UHGV virus genome: UHGV-0023958
Reading direction: 5' to 3' (one strand)
DNA: 64,000 bases
Source: a virus
Positions 62,454 through 64,000 of this stretch are shown one piece after another. Both the position numbers and the translations under genes were made by a program. Position 1 is the stretch's first letter. Every line of letters starts with the position of its first letter. Below the pieces are notes generated by a model. It saw nothing but the letters and a program-made list of their open reading frames with translations, did not search any database and had not been told where the DNA came from.

Positions 62454-64000
62454 TGATAAGTGTATATAAGAATTCTACCGAAATAGAAGTAACTACTCGT
62501 CGTGCTGAAATTTTTGAAAAATATAATAAAGTAATTCAATACGGAAGAAGAAACCCAGTGTGGTTTATAGAAGAGATTTTTAAAGTTCCACTTTTGGATT
62601 ATCAAAAATATATTATAATGAACTCCTGGACTAAATAGCGTGCGATATGGGTATGTTCTCGTAACGCGGGTAAGTCCATGATGGGTGCATTATATACTAT
62701 GACAAAAGCATTATTGTTTCCGTCTTTTGAATGTTGGTTTATGTCTTTGAGTGCAAATCAGGCACAGACAACATTTAAAAAATTGGAAGATATTGCTAAA
62801 AAGAATATACCCTCACTTATTGGTTCAAGTGATGTTTTTATGAATGAAACCGTAAAATTACAAGCAAATTCTGACGGTTTCACACATCAAAAATCAAACC
62901 ATGAAGTAAAACTTTATAACGGTTCTCATATTACAACGTTGGCTGGTAAACCAGAAACAACCGTTGGTATGCGAAGCCATTTGAGCGTATATGATGAAGC
63001 TGGTAAAATTTCTGCTGAATATTATGGTTTAACAGAACCATTTGCAACGCAAGATACCAACTTCAAAACTGGTGAAAAAATTGATTTGAACGTTATTCCA
63101 AAAATGATTCCAACACAACTTCTTTATATGTCTTCTGCGGAAGATACCTCTTCATATTTATGGGATATTTATAAAGAAGGCGCGAAGAGAATGATGATGG
63201 GTGATAACACTTGGTTTGTCGCAGATATAAATTGTGAAATTCCGTTACACCCTACAAAAGGCGGTAAGCCGTATGCTCCACTGTTAAATCAACAGGTTGT
63301 TGATGACGCTATGCGTGTAAACGAATATAAAGCATTGAGAGAATATTATAATATATTTGATACTACTGGTGGTAACGATGCTGTTATCAATAGAACTATT
63401 ATTATGAGAAACGAAGAAGAGTATCTTCCTGTTTTTGCTAACGATAACACGGTTACGCCAGGAGACAGAATATATGCTTTGTGTTTCGATCCTGCTTTGA
63501 TGTCGGATAACTCAATTATCTTGATTGGAGAACTGACGAAAAAAGACGGAGTTGGTTGGACTGGAAGAATAGTAAATTGCATCAACCTTATTGAATCTTT
63601 AAATAACGGAGAGAAGAAAATTTTGACAGCAGTTGAACAAGTCGAGCGTTTAAAGAAATTGATTATTGATTATAATGGAAACGCACCAGAGTATAAGAAT
63701 TTAACAATATTTATAGATCCTGGTTCTGGTGGTGGCGGACATATATATTCAGATATTCTTATGCAGAATTTTGTTGATGAATATGGAATTAGACACTTTG
63801 GTTTAATCGACCTGGAAGATGAGAAATCTGCTTTGGAACAAAACAAATTCCCACTCGCTGTAAGAGATGTTTTACATTTGTATACTGCAACAAAATATAA
63901 AAATGAGTTTTACAGTGCGGTAACAACAATGTGCGAACAGGATTTGGTTAAATTTCCTTACACAGATTCGTTCGGTTCTAAAAACTTTACTATAAACGGA
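62453..64000 (+). CDS. terL: terminase large subunit (partial, runs off window) with one in-frame TAG at 62636-62638
   Basis: 61-codon N-terminal ORF ends at TAG; same frame continues RAIWVCSRNAGKSMMGALY (Walker A) .. HLSVYDEAGKI (Walker B) to the window end. Confidence 0.7.

Noticed and set aside
62453-62638. Treating the TAG-interrupted ORFs (terL, tnpB, 58852 gene, 35233 gene) as pseudogenes
   Set aside because: Four independent genes are affected, including the essential terminase; downstream frames stay intact and conserved-motif-bearing; TAG stops are otherwise almost absent. Recoding explains all of this at once.
1-64000. Integrase, repressor or attachment-site evidence for a temperate lifestyle
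   Set aside because: Nothing resembling tyrosine or serine recombinase motifs or a CI-like repressor was found. The content (own RNAP, nucleotide metabolism, terminase) looks lytic, though the window is partial.

Overview
This window is an AT-rich (about one-third GC) phage genome segment, densely packed with small ORFs that have strong AAAGGAGG-type Shine-Dalgarno sites, which together with the promoter type points to a Firmicutes-like host. It has three transcription blocks. A left arm (1-32.9 kb, + strand) holds early-type genes behind at least 16 near-identical consensus sigma70 promoters (AAAATyrGTTGACw, 17-bp spacer, TATAAT). A central block (33.8-57.5 kb, mostly - strand) encodes a 936-aa protein with the DFDGD motif of two-barrel (YonO-like) single-subunit RNA polymerases, plus a dNMP kinase, a nucleotidase and a DNA methyltransferase. 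A right arm (58.3-64 kb, + strand) carries the packaging genes, including the terminase large subunit. Recognisable genes include thyX, dCMP deaminase, folD, a pyrimidine-dimer glycosylase, and a seven-gene NAD+ salvage operon (PPP-family phosphatase, nadE, HAD phosphatase, pncB, pncA, nadM-like NMNAT, HD-like). There is also a TnpB-only IS605-like element and a tRNA-Thr(UGU). The main finding is amber stop-codon reassignment. Single in-frame TAG codons interrupt the terminase large subunit, the TnpB gene and a 258-codon right-arm gene. A 487-codon gene begins ATG-ACG-TAG-TAG behind a perfect promoter and SD. Of the stop codons I checked, only one is TAG. Several ORF-free structured regions look like candidate non-coding RNAs, and an iteron-like AT-rich region may be a replication origin.
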